Origin: a virus
Virus record (IMG/VR): IMGVR_UViG_3300009182_000050
Coordinates: 8,172-72,171 of that record
Strand: one strand, 5' to 3'
Length of the DNA stretch: 64,000 nucleotides
Shown here: positions 1-9,851 of the stretch, piece after piece
Position numbering within the stretch: the first letter of the stretch is position 1
Layout of the letters: the number at the start of each line of letters is the position of its first letter
Translations under genes and position numbers: made by a program
Notes under the pieces: generated by a model
Told to the model about the DNA's origin: nothing
The model's database searches: none
The model's input: only the letters and a program-made list of their open reading frames with translations

Positions 1-317
1 GTAGTCGTTTATTTCAAAACTACCCTCCAAAGGTTGAACCTTATGCTGAAGAGTACTCAGTTAGTAGGCCTATTGGATGGGCTATTGTTATTGCAGCTGA
101 GTTCTTTAAGTCTCAACCATATATAGTTCATCCAAGTTACCAGTGGTGGTTTGGGGATGATGACTTATTTAGACGCACAATTCAACTTGGTGGAAGAATT
201 TGTATTTCACGAGGAGTGGGGTCAGACCACTTTGGTTCTCAAAGTGACCCATACAATCCAAGAAAGCAAGAAATGATTAATAGTGATGTTCATATATACA
301 GAGAGATGTGGGGTTAG
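1..317 (+). CDS. Partial (5'-truncated) glycosyltransferase family 2-like protein
   Basis: Open frame from the window edge to TAG at 315-317, translating ...HPSYQWWFGDDDLFRR...MWG; the W-F-G-D-D-D motif resembles GT2 C-terminal motifs; directly upstream of sugar genes. Confidence 0.5.
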   Translation, partial: SRLFQNYPPKVEPYAEEYSVSRPIGWAIVIAAEFFKSQPYIVHPSYQWWFGDDDLFRRTIQLGGRICISRGVGSDHFGSQSDPYNPRKQEMINSDVHIYREMWG

Positions 318-319
318 TA

Positions 320-1348
320 ATGACTAAAAGAGTTTTACTTACAGGTGCTAGTGGTTTTGTAGGAAGTCATGTATTTAGACATTTACTTGTTAATACAGAT
401 TGGGAACTTGTTTGTCCAGTAACATTTACTCATAAAGGTGTTCAAGATAGGATTCGTCTTAATATTGAAGATAATCCTGAGTACCTTGACAGAGTAAAAC
501 TAGTTCATATTGATTTAGCATCTCCTATTAGTTCTGTAACTTCTCACGCTTTTGGTCGTATTGACTATGTTCTTAATCTTGCTAGTGAGAGTCATGTTGA
601 CCGTAGCATTGAGGACCCATCACCTTTTATCATTAACAATGTACAACTAATATGTTACTTACTTGATTGGGCTCGTAATTCAGAACATTTAGAGAAGTTT
701 ATACATATATCTACTGATGAAGTTTATGGACCAGCAGAGGCTGGGTACGCTCATCGTGAATGGAAAGACCTTCATCTCCCTAGTAATCCTTACTCAGCAT
801 CAAAATCTGCTCAAGAAGATATTTGCTATGCATACTGGCGTACATATGATGTTCCAATTATCATTACAAATACAATGAACATCATTGGTGAGATGCAGGA
901 CCCAGAAAAATATGTTCCTCTTGTTGTCAAAAAAATTCTTAGAGATGAAACACTTGAAATTCACGCTTCAATAGCTACTGGTCAAATTGGTAGTAGGTAT
1001 TATTTGCATGCAAGAAATCAAGCAGATGGTCTTTTGCATGTACTTAATAATGTTGACCCAGTTAAATATGATGGTGAAGGTAATAATCTTCCAAGACGGT
1101 TCCACATTGTTGGTGAAAAAGAACTTAATAATCTTCAGATGGCAGAACTTATTGCTGATGAACTTGGTCTACCTTTGAAATATAAATTAATTGATTTCAA
1201 CAAATCTCGACCTGGACACGACTTACGCTACGCGTTAGATGGTTCTCAGATGGCAGAAATTGGTTGGACTCCTCCAATTCCTTTAGAAGAATCTTTAAGA
1301 AAAACTGTTCGTTGGATTTATAACAATCAAGAATGGCTGTCTTTGTAA
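320..1348 (+). CDS. rmlB: dTDP-glucose 4,6-dehydratase (RmlB/RfbB-like SDR)
   Basis: LLTGASGFVG Rossmann motif, LASESHVDRSI, ISTDEVYG, YSASK, RPGHDLRYAL; ATG at 320. Confidence 0.9.
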   Translation: MTKRVLLTGASGFVGSHVFRHLLVNTDWELVCPVTFTHKGVQDRIRLNIEDNPEYLDRVKLVHIDLASPISSVTSHAFGRIDYVLNLASESHVDRSIEDPSPFIINNVQLICYLLDWARNSEHLEKFIHISTDEVYGPAEAGYAHREWKDLHLPSNPYSASKSAQEDICYAYWRTYDVPIIITNTMNIIGEMQDPEKYVPLVVKKILRDETLEIHASIATGQIGSRYYLHARNQADGLLHVLNNVDPVKYDGEGNNLPRRFHIVGEKELNNLQMAELIADELGLPLKYKLIDFNKSRPGHDLRYALDGSQMAEIGWTPPIPLEESLRKTVRWIYNNQEWLSL

Positions 1349-2163
1349 TTATGCTAATGTCCGAGTTAGTTGAGAGACAAAAAACAATATTTGTTCAAGA
1401 AGGTTCTGTTAGTAAAACCGGTGAATTCTCTGGTGACAAAGTTGCTATGTTTGCTACGCATATGGAAAATGGAAGAATGTCTCCATCTGTTATTGCACAG
1501 TTGAGTGAGTTTGAGTTAAATAAATGGCCTGTAGTTGTCATTGACACAAGTCCTGCTGAATATGACTTTGATTGGCCAAAATGGGCTACTGTTATTCGTA
1601 GACCAAATGATAATCAAGACTGGGGTAGCTGGGCTACCGCTTTGAATATTATGCCAGGTCTTTGGGAAGCAAAAACTCTTTTACAGACTAATGATTCTTT
1701 AGTTGGTCCTTTTTATCCACTAGGAAGTATTCTTAGACTTATGGATGCTGATGATGCTGATTTTGTTGGTTTAGTTGATAACACTCAAATTTCTTATCAT
1801 TTATCTGCAATGTTTGTTTCTTATTGCAATAATTCTATAAATAAAGAACCTTTCAAAACATTTTGGAAAGAATTATCAACTGTTGATACTCAGCCTGACC
1901 ATATTCTGCAGCACGAAATTAAATTAAGTATTGTTGCATTACAGAATAATCTAAAAGTTAAGTCACTATTTACTTGTGAAGATGCTGATGTTGATGTAAC
2001 TCCACTATATGCAGCACCTAGAAAACTTTTTGAACTTGGTTGTCCTTTTATGAAGCGTAGAATGGTGCATTGGAATCCTGATACTGTTAAAGATTATGTA
2101 GTAAATTATGGGTCAACTGCTATAGAAATGATTGACTATGCTTTAAGCGAGAAACTTATTTAA
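1333..2163 (+). CDS. Rhamnan synthesis RgpF-like protein (putative glycosyltransferase)
   Basis: RxNxxxDWGSW, TNDSLVGPFYPL, HLSAMF, HEIKLS and PFMKR motifs typical of RgpF-like domains. Confidence 0.65.
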   Translation: MAVFVIMLMSELVERQKTIFVQEGSVSKTGEFSGDKVAMFATHMENGRMSPSVIAQLSEFELNKWPVVVIDTSPAEYDFDWPKWATVIRRPNDNQDWGSWATALNIMPGLWEAKTLLQTNDSLVGPFYPLGSILRLMDADDADFVGLVDNTQISYHLSAMFVSYCNNSINKEPFKTFWKELSTVDTQPDHILQHEIKLSIVALQNNLKVKSLFTCEDADVDVTPLYAAPRKLFELGCPFMKRRMVHWNPDTVKDYVVNYGSTAIEMIDYALSEKLI

Positions 2164-2176
2164 TGAAAAGAGTGAA

Positions 2177-3460
2177 ATGATGAATACGGAAAAGACAAAT
2201 ACTTGTATTGCTTGTGGTAAATCTAATATAGAAAAAATTCTTGATTTAGGTCATCAAGTACCAGCAAATAACTTGCTTGAAGATAGAGATGACAAAGACT
2301 ACACACTCTATCCTTTAGGTATTAATGCTTGCTCGGACTGTAGCCACGGTCAGTTATCATATTTTGTTGAACCAGCAAAGATGTTTAAGCAATACTCTTA
2401 TGTAAGTTCAACAAGTCAGACTATGAAATCTCATATGGAAAAACTTGCAAACTTTGTGTTAAATCTAAAAGGTAATGCAGTTTCAGTACTAGAGATTGGC
2501 TCTAATGATGGATTGTTTCTTAAGTCTCTAAAAGATGCTGGTATTACAAATATTTGTGGTGTAGACCCAGCAGAGAACATTGCATCTAAAGCAAATGAAG
2601 AAGGTCTTACAACAATTGTTGGTTTCTGGCCTGAAGTATCAGATGAGTTTTCATCTTTTGCATTTGATATTGTGATTGGTCAAAATGTGTTTGCTCACAC
2701 GCCAAACCCATACGAGGCTCTAAAAGAAATTAAACGAGTTCTTACTCAAGATGGTTTTGCAGTATTTCAAACATCACAGGCAGATATGATTGCCAATGGT
2801 GAATTTGATACTATCTACCACGAGCATTACTCATTTTTCTGTGAAGCATCTATGGCTGCTCTTGCAGAACGCGTAGGTCTTCAACTTGTCTACACACACT
2901 ATGTAGATATCCACGGTGGGTCATCATTGTATGTTCTTACACACGATTACCTAGACCCTGACATTGTTTCTATTGAGTTATCAGCTATCTCATCTGGACT
3001 TATAAATGTTGAGGCTAGAGACGATAGAACTGCTCGCGTTCGTAAATACCGGACTGAAGAAGACTGGGAAAAATTTGAAAAGTCTTCTATAGATACAAGT
3101 GTTGGTGCTCTAAAAGTAGTTGAAGAGTGGCTTGATAAAGATAAAAGAATTGTTGCTGTAGGTGCAGCAGCCAAAGCAATAACTTTTTTGCGTGCTGCTC
3201 AAATACCGATTGATGCACTACTTGATGAATCCCCATTAAAACTAGGTAAGTGGGTAGCCGGTCTTGATACTCAAATTACAGATTTTAAGAATGTAACTGA
3301 TTCTGACGCATACATAATTGGTGCTTGGAATTTTGCTAAAGAGATTGCAGCAAAACTACTACATGCTGGAGCAGACCACGCTGCACCTTGTATGGTTTAT
3401 TTCCCTGAAGGAGTTACAACAACTCTTGGATATCTAGCTCTTAATGGTTTAGATAATTAA
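2177..3460 (+). CDS. NDP-hexose C-methyltransferase (zinc-binding N-terminus, SAM domain, C-terminal domain)
   Basis: CIACG...LDLG...PANN...CSDC, LEIGSNDG, GVDPA, NVFAH, FDTIYHEHYSFF, HGGS, GAAAKA. Confidence 0.85.
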   Translation: MMNTEKTNTCIACGKSNIEKILDLGHQVPANNLLEDRDDKDYTLYPLGINACSDCSHGQLSYFVEPAKMFKQYSYVSSTSQTMKSHMEKLANFVLNLKGNAVSVLEIGSNDGLFLKSLKDAGITNICGVDPAENIASKANEEGLTTIVGFWPEVSDEFSSFAFDIVIGQNVFAHTPNPYEALKEIKRVLTQDGFAVFQTSQADMIANGEFDTIYHEHYSFFCEASMAALAERVGLQLVYTHYVDIHGGSSLYVLTHDYLDPDIVSIELSAISSGLINVEARDDRTARVRKYRTEEDWEKFEKSSIDTSVGALKVVEEWLDKDKRIVAVGAAAKAITFLRAAQIPIDALLDESPLKLGKWVAGLDTQITDFKNVTDSDAYIIGAWNFAKEIAAKLLHAGADHAAPCMVYFPEGVTTTLGYLALNGLDN

Positions 3461-4152
3461 TGACAAATGTTGAAAACTTTGAAAATTTTTATAAAAAAGT
3501 CTCTATTGATTCAAGAATATCATATAAAGATTTTTACAAACTAAGAATTCTTAATCAAATAAATTATTCTGATTTATATAAAGATGTTCGTATTCTCAAA
3601 TTTCCTGAGGACTTGCGTACATATGAACGTCTTATTGATGACTCTAAGCCAGAGGTAATTATTGAACTTGGTGTTGAGGCTGGAGGTTCTAGTTTATGGT
3701 TTGCTGACCGCCTAGATGCTTTATGTGGAGGTGGTGAAGTTATTGCAGTTGATATTGATATCTCTCAAGTACAGCAGCCAGTTCTTGATGATAAAAGAAT
3801 TACTCTTATAGAAGGTGATATTTCCTCACCTGAAGTAGTTAATAAAGTCAAGAAATTAGTCTCTAATCGTAGAGTAATGATAATTGAAGATGCTGCTCAT
3901 ACATATGATTGCACACTTTCTGCACTTCAAAATTACTGGGATTTAGTACCTGTAGATGGTTGGTTTATAGTTGAAGATGGGATAGTAGATATTGAATATT
4001 TAAGATTCCATCATAAACTTCCTCGTGGTGTTATTAGTGCATTAGACTATTTTTGTAGTTCACCTGCTGGTAAAAAGTTCTCAAGAAACTCTTTGGCTCC
4101 GTATGGAATTACTTCAAATCCTACTGGATGGCTTCAAAGGAAGTCTGAATAA
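3460..4152 (+). CDS. CmcI-family (cephalosporin hydroxylase / rhamnosyl O-methyltransferase-like) protein
   Basis: KFPEDL, KPEVIIELGVEAGGS, VIAVDID, IIEDAAH, IVEDG, TSNPTGWL. Confidence 0.85.
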   Translation: MTNVENFENFYKKVSIDSRISYKDFYKLRILNQINYSDLYKDVRILKFPEDLRTYERLIDDSKPEVIIELGVEAGGSSLWFADRLDALCGGGEVIAVDIDISQVQQPVLDDKRITLIEGDISSPEVVNKVKKLVSNRRVMIIEDAAHTYDCTLSALQNYWDLVPVDGWFIVEDGIVDIEYLRFHHKLPRGVISALDYFCSSPAGKKFSRNSLAPYGITSNPTGWLQRKSE

Positions 4153-4194
4153 AGATGTATACTTATAAAAACGCATACGCTATGACTTTAAGGA

Positions 4195-4677
4195 GTGAAG
4201 ACCGTGTACGAAGTTAAAGACGGCTCTAGAACTCTTCAATTTAATGGTCGCCTATTAGGTAAATCTTCTTCTTGGAGACGAGGCTCTACTCGCTGGATTG
4301 AGTTTGAACTTTATCAAACAGAAAATGGTTCTTATGTACTTTCAAGAATTGGTGTTTCTCTCGTTTATCATGGTTCTGTTTGCCCTCTTGTAAAGCGTTA
4401 TGGATTAGTTGAAGTATCACCTAAAGATGTATCAAAAGATTCAATCCCTTGTGAAGAGTGTGGACCTATCCGCTCAGAACTTCCAGTTGTATTTCCAGAA
4501 AGAAATCGTACTTGGGCACAAGTATCTGATGACCCAGATGCTGTACTTGAAGCTTTATATAAGTATGATGATGGTGGTGCTCGCTATCTAACAAAAGTTG
4601 CTCAGAGGCTTCTTGAGGAAGCATCTAAACAAGACTCAAGGATTGAGTCGGTGTATAGGGTAGAGATAATCCCATAA
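4195..4677 (+). CDS. Hypothetical phage protein (Cys-containing)
   Basis: 160-aa ORF between sugar cluster and DNA polymerase; RWIEFELY motif and CxxC. Confidence 0.6.
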   Translation: MKTVYEVKDGSRTLQFNGRLLGKSSSWRRGSTRWIEFELYQTENGSYVLSRIGVSLVYHGSVCPLVKRYGLVEVSPKDVSKDSIPCEECGPIRSELPVVFPERNRTWAQVSDDPDAVLEALYKYDDGGARYLTKVAQRLLEEASKQDSRIESVYRVEIIP

Positions 4678-4689
4678 ATTAGTAAGGAA

Positions 4690-6534
4690 ATGACAAAAAT
4701 GACAGAACGACAGACACATGATTTATCAGAAGTAAAACTACATTTAGTTGATTCTGTAGAAAAAGCAAGTGAGTTTTTGACTTGGCTAAGCCAGAGACGA
4801 CCTTATGGTGCTGTTTCCGTTGATATTGAAACTGGTGAACTTCCCGGCGGAGAACGTAATGACGCACTATCTCCTTGGCACGGACAGATTCGCTTGGCTC
4901 AAATTGGTGATGGTGAGCAGGGTTGGTCTATTCCTTGGGAAGATTGGTCTGGTGTTTTTTATCAGGCTATGGATAAATTTTCTGGTCCTATTGTGTGCCA
5001 CAATATTGCTTTTGAAGCAAAATGGTTTGCTGTTAAATCTAAGTGGCAACTACCTTGGCATCAAGCTCACGACACAATGATTATGGCTCAGATTATTGAC
5101 CCACTTGGTTCAGGTGCTCTTAAGCGGTTAGCCTCTAGATATATTGACCCTCGTGCTGTGGCACTTCAAGAAACTTTAGGTACATCTCTGGCTATTAATG
5201 GATGGACTTGGGGGACTGTTCCTACAAACTTTGAACCTTACTGGTCATACGGTGCTCTTGATACTGTTCTTACAATGCGTATCTGGGAGCAGTTTTATGG
5301 ACAATGTGGTCCAGAGGGTTCATACAATCGTGCTTACGAAATTGAGATGGCTGCTAGAAAGATTGTCACTCGTATGGAAATCAATGGTGCTCGTGTAGAC
5401 CTTGACTACTCTCGTCGCAAATACGATGAACTAGTAAACTACACAGAGTCAGTAAAAGAGTGGGCTAAGGGTGCTTATGGTGGAGCATCTATTACTAGTA
5501 ATGTTCAACTAGTCAGACTCTTTGAGTCTTTAGGTGCAGAGATTACCGAGTTCACGCCTACAGGACAAAAATCTGCAACTAAAGACCAATTAAAACTTCT
5601 TACTATTACAGGTAATGATGAAGTAAAAAATCTTGCTGAAGTAGTTTTGAAACAGCGTAAAGCTGACAAACTTGCTAGTAGTTATTTCTCAAACTTTATT
5701 AGTAAAAATGTAAATGGTTTTGTTCATCCATCTGTTAAAACAATGGGTGCTCGTACCGGTCGTATGTCAATTACTGACCCAGCGTTGCAGACTCTTCCAA
5801 AGGGTGATGATGTAGTTCGTACTGCGTTCTTACCTAAAGATGATGACCATGTAATTATTACTTCTGACCTTGACCAAGTTGAGTTCCGTATGTTTGCTTC
5901 GTTGTCTCAGGACCCAAACTTGATTCAACTATTCCATCGTGCTGATGCAACTGGCTCTGACCCATTTACTGAAATTGGCCGTGAGGTTTATCAAGAACCT
6001 GAAATGACTAGGTCTGATAAACGACGTAATCTTATTAAGGGCGTTGTTTACGGTCGTCTTTACGGTGCTGGTGTAGCAAAGCAAGCCCTCACTGCTGGTG
6101 TTCCTGAGTCTCAGATGCGTGCAGTTTCCGATTCGTTTGACCGTAACTATCCAGGAATGATTTCTTTTCAAAAGAAAATTGAAGATATTGGTATGCGTCG
6201 TCTTCGTGGTGAAGGTCAGGGCTATGTACACACTTGGACTGGTCGTCGTCTTCCTTGTGATGATGACCGTACTTATACGCTCGTTAACTATTTAATTCAG
6301 GGTGGTGCTGCTGAGGTATTTAAGTCAAACTTAATCAAACTTGACCAAGCAGACCTAACTGAGCTTTTGATTGTGCCTGTGCACGATGAAATTGTTCTTA
6401 ACTGTCCTCGTGACCAAGTTGCAGAAGTTATGAAGACTGTTCAGGAATGTATGACAACAACCGAAGGATGGTCAGTGCCTCTTACATCAGGTATTGATGG
6501 TCCACTAGAGACTTGGGGAGATAAATACCGCTAA
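4690..6534 (+). CDS. polA: DNA polymerase family A with 3'-5' exonuclease
   Basis: Exo DIET, CHNIAFE, HDTM; RTGRMS, DLDQVEFR (motif A), KGVVYGRLYG (motif B), VHDEIV (motif C). Confidence 0.95.
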   Translation: MTKMTERQTHDLSEVKLHLVDSVEKASEFLTWLSQRRPYGAVSVDIETGELPGGERNDALSPWHGQIRLAQIGDGEQGWSIPWEDWSGVFYQAMDKFSGPIVCHNIAFEAKWFAVKSKWQLPWHQAHDTMIMAQIIDPLGSGALKRLASRYIDPRAVALQETLGTSLAINGWTWGTVPTNFEPYWSYGALDTVLTMRIWEQFYGQCGPEGSYNRAYEIEMAARKIVTRMEINGARVDLDYSRRKYDELVNYTESVKEWAKGAYGGASITSNVQLVRLFESLGAEITEFTPTGQKSATKDQLKLLTITGNDEVKNLAEVVLKQRKADKLASSYFSNFISKNVNGFVHPSVKTMGARTGRMSITDPALQTLPKGDDVVRTAFLPKDDDHVIITSDLDQVEFRMFASLSQDPNLIQLFHRADATGSDPFTEIGREVYQEPEMTRSDKRRNLIKGVVYGRLYGAGVAKQALTAGVPESQMRAVSDSFDRNYPGMISFQKKIEDIGMRRLRGEGQGYVHTWTGRRLPCDDDRTYTLVNYLIQGGAAEVFKSNLIKLDQADLTELLIVPVHDEIVLNCPRDQVAEVMKTVQECMTTTEGWSVPLTSGIDGPLETWGDKYR

Positions 6535-6989
6535 TGAGTAAATATGTTTTGTCCGTAGACCCTGGTAAAGCAACTGGAGTTGCTTTAGTTAGTTTTGAAA
6601 AAGGCTCTGAGCCAGAAATTATCTATTCTGGTGAAGTTCAGCCAGATGAGTTTGCCATAGTTGTCAGAGATTTAATGACTAACTATCAAATAAAAGAGAT
6701 AGTGTGTGAAAAGTTTACAATAAATGCTCAAACTGTTAGAAATTCTCAGGCTCCGTACTCTTTAGAGCAAATTGGGGTTCTAAAACAGATTATGCAGGAC
6801 TTTGAGTTTGATAGAGAGTCAATTATCTGGCAATTACCTGTTGATGCTAAGAAAATGTTTCCAAATGAAGCTCTTAAAACCTTAAAATTATGGCATAAAG
6901 GTGGAGAAGGGCACGCAAATGATGCTCTGAGGCACGCTTTACTACGACTTGTTAAGACTGGCTGGATACCTAGACAACTTCTACAATAA
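6534..6989 (+). CDS. RuvC-like Holliday junction resolvase
   Basis: SVDPGKATG, VCEKF, HANDALRH RNase H-fold motifs; overlaps polymerase stop. Confidence 0.75.
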   Translation: MSKYVLSVDPGKATGVALVSFEKGSEPEIIYSGEVQPDEFAIVVRDLMTNYQIKEIVCEKFTINAQTVRNSQAPYSLEQIGVLKQIMQDFEFDRESIIWQLPVDAKKMFPNEALKTLKLWHKGGEGHANDALRHALLRLVKTGWIPRQLLQ

Positions 6990-7074
6990 AAGATACTATT
7001 TGAAAAAACTTGTACTAATTAAAATGTGTGATAGTATCTTTGCACAGACGAAATGACATAGAAGAGAGAAGTAA

Positions 7075-8880
7075 ATGGCTGTAATAGCAAAGCTGGACTT
7101 AGACGGTATTCATATCCGTTTAGATGTTGAGTATCGTTACAAAGAATTATGTAAAAGCATCCCTGGCTCTGCTTGGTCTACTGCTGACCAAGTGTGGCGT
7201 TTACCACTAAGCTGGTCTACTTGTTTAGCACTTCGCTCAACATTTAGAGATGACCTTGTGATTTCTGAAGACCTTTCTGAATGGGCTATGAATCAACTTA
7301 CAACTCGTATTGCTCCAGCAAATGAACTACGAGATTTAGAAGAATTTATTGACTCAAATAATGAAGATTTGTTTCCTCATCAGCGTGCTGGTGTAAAATT
7401 TTTAGCAACTGCAAAGCGTGCTTTACTTGCTGATGAACCAGGTCTTGGTAAGACTGCTCAGGCTATCCGTGCACTTAAGGAACTTCAAGAACAGGGTGAA
7501 GATGTATTTCCTGCTCTTATTGTTTGTCCAAATACTTTGAAAAAGAACTGGGCTCGTGAGTTTGGTCGCTGGTGGCCTAGTGTTACCTGTCAAGTTATTA
7601 AGGGTACATCTACACAGCGTCGTAAGCAGTTTGATACTCAGGCAGATGTATATGTAATCAACTGGGAATCACTTCGTACTCACTCACGACTTGCTCCTTA
7701 CGGTTCTGTTGCTCTTGCACGTTGCACAGAGTGTGGTGGGCACGATAGCAAGGTAACTTTAACTAGGTGTGAAGTTCACAAGCGTGAACTCAACGGTATT
7801 GATTTTAAGTCTGTAGTAGCGGATGAAATTCATCGCTCTAAGGACCCTAAATCAAAGCAGACTCGTGCTTTGTGGTCAGCAACTGGAAATGCAAAGATTC
7901 GTTTTGCTCTTACAGGAACTCCTGTAGCCAACAATGTGGTTGATATGTGGTCTATTCTTCACTGGCTTTCTCCAGAGGATTGGCCATCAAAGACAAAATG
8001 GATTGACCGGATGGTTGACACTATGCTTAATGCTTTTGGTGGTCTTATGGTTCTTGGTGTAAAGCCTCATATGGAAGAAGAGTTCCAAAAAACAATCAGT
8101 CACCATATGCGTCGTATGCTCAAGGCTCGTGTACTTCCTTGGTTGCCTCCGGTAATCAATGAGCGTCGTGATATTGAAATGTCTACAAAACAGAAAAAAG
8201 CTTACGAGCAGATGCGTGACCATATGATTGCAGAACTAGAGTCTGGAGATGCATTATCTGCTCCTAGCGTTTTGACTCAGACTATTCGTCTACTTCAATT
8301 TGCTAGTTCATATGCAGATATTGTTGTTGACGAAAAGACTGGTGAACCACGAGCAGTTTTGTCAGAGCCTTCTTGTAAGGTTGACTCACTTATGGACGAT
8401 ATTAAAAATGGTGACTTTGGAGACGACTCTGTAGCCGTCTGTGCTGTGTCACGTCAGTTGATTGAACTTCTAAGTGCTGCTCTTACAAAGGCTGGAATCT
8501 CTCACGGTTTAATCACCGGTGCTCAGTCTGAAGAAGAGCGTCAAGATGCTATTGATGATTTTCAATCTGGTGTAAATAAGTGGATTCTTTTCACTGCTCA
8601 GGCTGGTGGTGTTGGTGTAACTCTTACAGCAGCTCGCCGTTTGATTATGCTCCAGCGTCCGTGGTCACTTGTTGACCATAAGCAAGCCCTTGACCGCGTA
8701 CATCGTATTGGTTCAGAGATTCACGATTCTGTCATCATTAGCGACTATGTTACAGAAGGAACTATTGAAGAACGAGTTCTTCAAGTTCTAGAAACCAAGG
8801 CTGATAACTTTGAGCAAATCGTTCACGACCGTGTGAGATTACTTGATTTGCTAAAAGAAGATAAAGCAGGTAAGTTGTGA
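7075..8880 (+). CDS. SNF2/SF2 DNA helicase
   Basis: LFPHQ, DEPGLGKT, DEIH, LTGTP, GGVGVTL, QALDRVHRIG. Confidence 0.92.
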   Translation: MAVIAKLDLDGIHIRLDVEYRYKELCKSIPGSAWSTADQVWRLPLSWSTCLALRSTFRDDLVISEDLSEWAMNQLTTRIAPANELRDLEEFIDSNNEDLFPHQRAGVKFLATAKRALLADEPGLGKTAQAIRALKELQEQGEDVFPALIVCPNTLKKNWAREFGRWWPSVTCQVIKGTSTQRRKQFDTQADVYVINWESLRTHSRLAPYGSVALARCTECGGHDSKVTLTRCEVHKRELNGIDFKSVVADEIHRSKDPKSKQTRALWSATGNAKIRFALTGTPVANNVVDMWSILHWLSPEDWPSKTKWIDRMVDTMLNAFGGLMVLGVKPHMEEEFQKTISHHMRRMLKARVLPWLPPVINERRDIEMSTKQKKAYEQMRDHMIAELESGDALSAPSVLTQTIRLLQFASSYADIVVDEKTGEPRAVLSEPSCKVDSLMDDIKNGDFGDDSVAVCAVSRQLIELLSAALTKAGISHGLITGAQSEEERQDAIDDFQSGVNKWILFTAQAGGVGVTLTAARRLIMLQRPWSLVDHKQALDRVHRIGSEIHDSVIISDYVTEGTIEERVLQVLETKADNFEQIVHDRVRLLDLLKEDKAGKL

Positions 8881-8916
8881 TACAGAAAGAAATGACATAC
8901 AAGGACGGAATGATAA

Positions 8917-9849
8917 ATGTCTAAAGTTATTCGACTCTCCAACTCGGAGATTCAAACATTCAAAGACTGTCGTCGCCGGTGGTGGTTTACCTACTACCGT
9001 CGTCTAAAACCACGCTCACAGGATATGACTGGTGCTCTTGCATTAGGTACACGAATCCACGCTGCACTTGACGACCACTATGCAAATGGAACTCCACTGC
9101 TTCAAGCTCATTCAAAACTAGTTGAGGTTGACCGCAATCTTTTGGTTGCTGATTTCCGCGATACTTTTGAACTTGATAGTGAAGCAGAACTTGGTCACAT
9201 TATGCTTGAGGGTTACGAGCAGTGGGTTGAAGAAGAAGGTATTGATGCTGAACTAGAATTCATCTCTAGTGAAGAAACAATCATTGCTCCACTATTCAAC
9301 GGTGAAGTTGAACTTCAAGGAAAGCTTGATATGCGAGTTCGTCGTAAGTCAGACGGTGTTCGTATGTTCCGTGACTTCAAAACTGTTGGTGGCTCGTTAT
9401 CTGAGTTCTCCAGCCTTGCACATATGAATGAGCAAGTACTAACCTATATGCTTCTGGAATCAACCCAGAATAAAGAGGGAGAGCGTTCCGATGGAGGCAT
9501 CTTTACGATGCTAAAAAAGGTAAAGCGCACTGCTTCTGCACGACCTCCGTTCTATGACCAGATTGAAGTACGACACAATGTGTTTGCACTTCGCTCATTC
9601 TGGAATCGTATTCACGGAACAATCACAGACCTGATGAGAGTGCGTACTGCACTTGATGAAGGTACTGACCACACATTTGTTGCTTACCCAAAACCAAGCC
9701 GCGAGTGTAAATGGAAATGCCAGTTCTTCTCTATCTGTCCATTGTTTGATGATGGCAGTAGTGCAGAGCAAGCAATCAGTGAACTATTCATAGAGGGAGA
9801 CCCCTATGCATATTACGAAAACGAAAATGACAAGAAAGGACTGGAATAA
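8917..9849 (+). CDS. Cas4/RecB-like PD-(D/E)XK exonuclease
   Basis: SNSEIQTFKDCRRRW, GTRIH, GKLD...DFKT, QVLTY, C-terminal CxWxCxxxxxC cluster. Confidence 0.85.
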   Translation: MSKVIRLSNSEIQTFKDCRRRWWFTYYRRLKPRSQDMTGALALGTRIHAALDDHYANGTPLLQAHSKLVEVDRNLLVADFRDTFELDSEAELGHIMLEGYEQWVEEEGIDAELEFISSEETIIAPLFNGEVELQGKLDMRVRRKSDGVRMFRDFKTVGGSLSEFSSLAHMNEQVLTYMLLESTQNKEGERSDGGIFTMLKKVKRTASARPPFYDQIEVRHNVFALRSFWNRIHGTITDLMRVRTALDEGTDHTFVAYPKPSRECKWKCQFFSICPLFDDGSSAEQAISELFIEGDPYAYYENENDKKGLE

Positions 9850-9851
9850 CT

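Noticed and set aside
8917-9849. Cas4-like gene as evidence for CRISPR-Cas
   Set aside because: No other cas genes or repeat-spacer array seen; sits in the standard phage exonuclease-ATPase-SSB module
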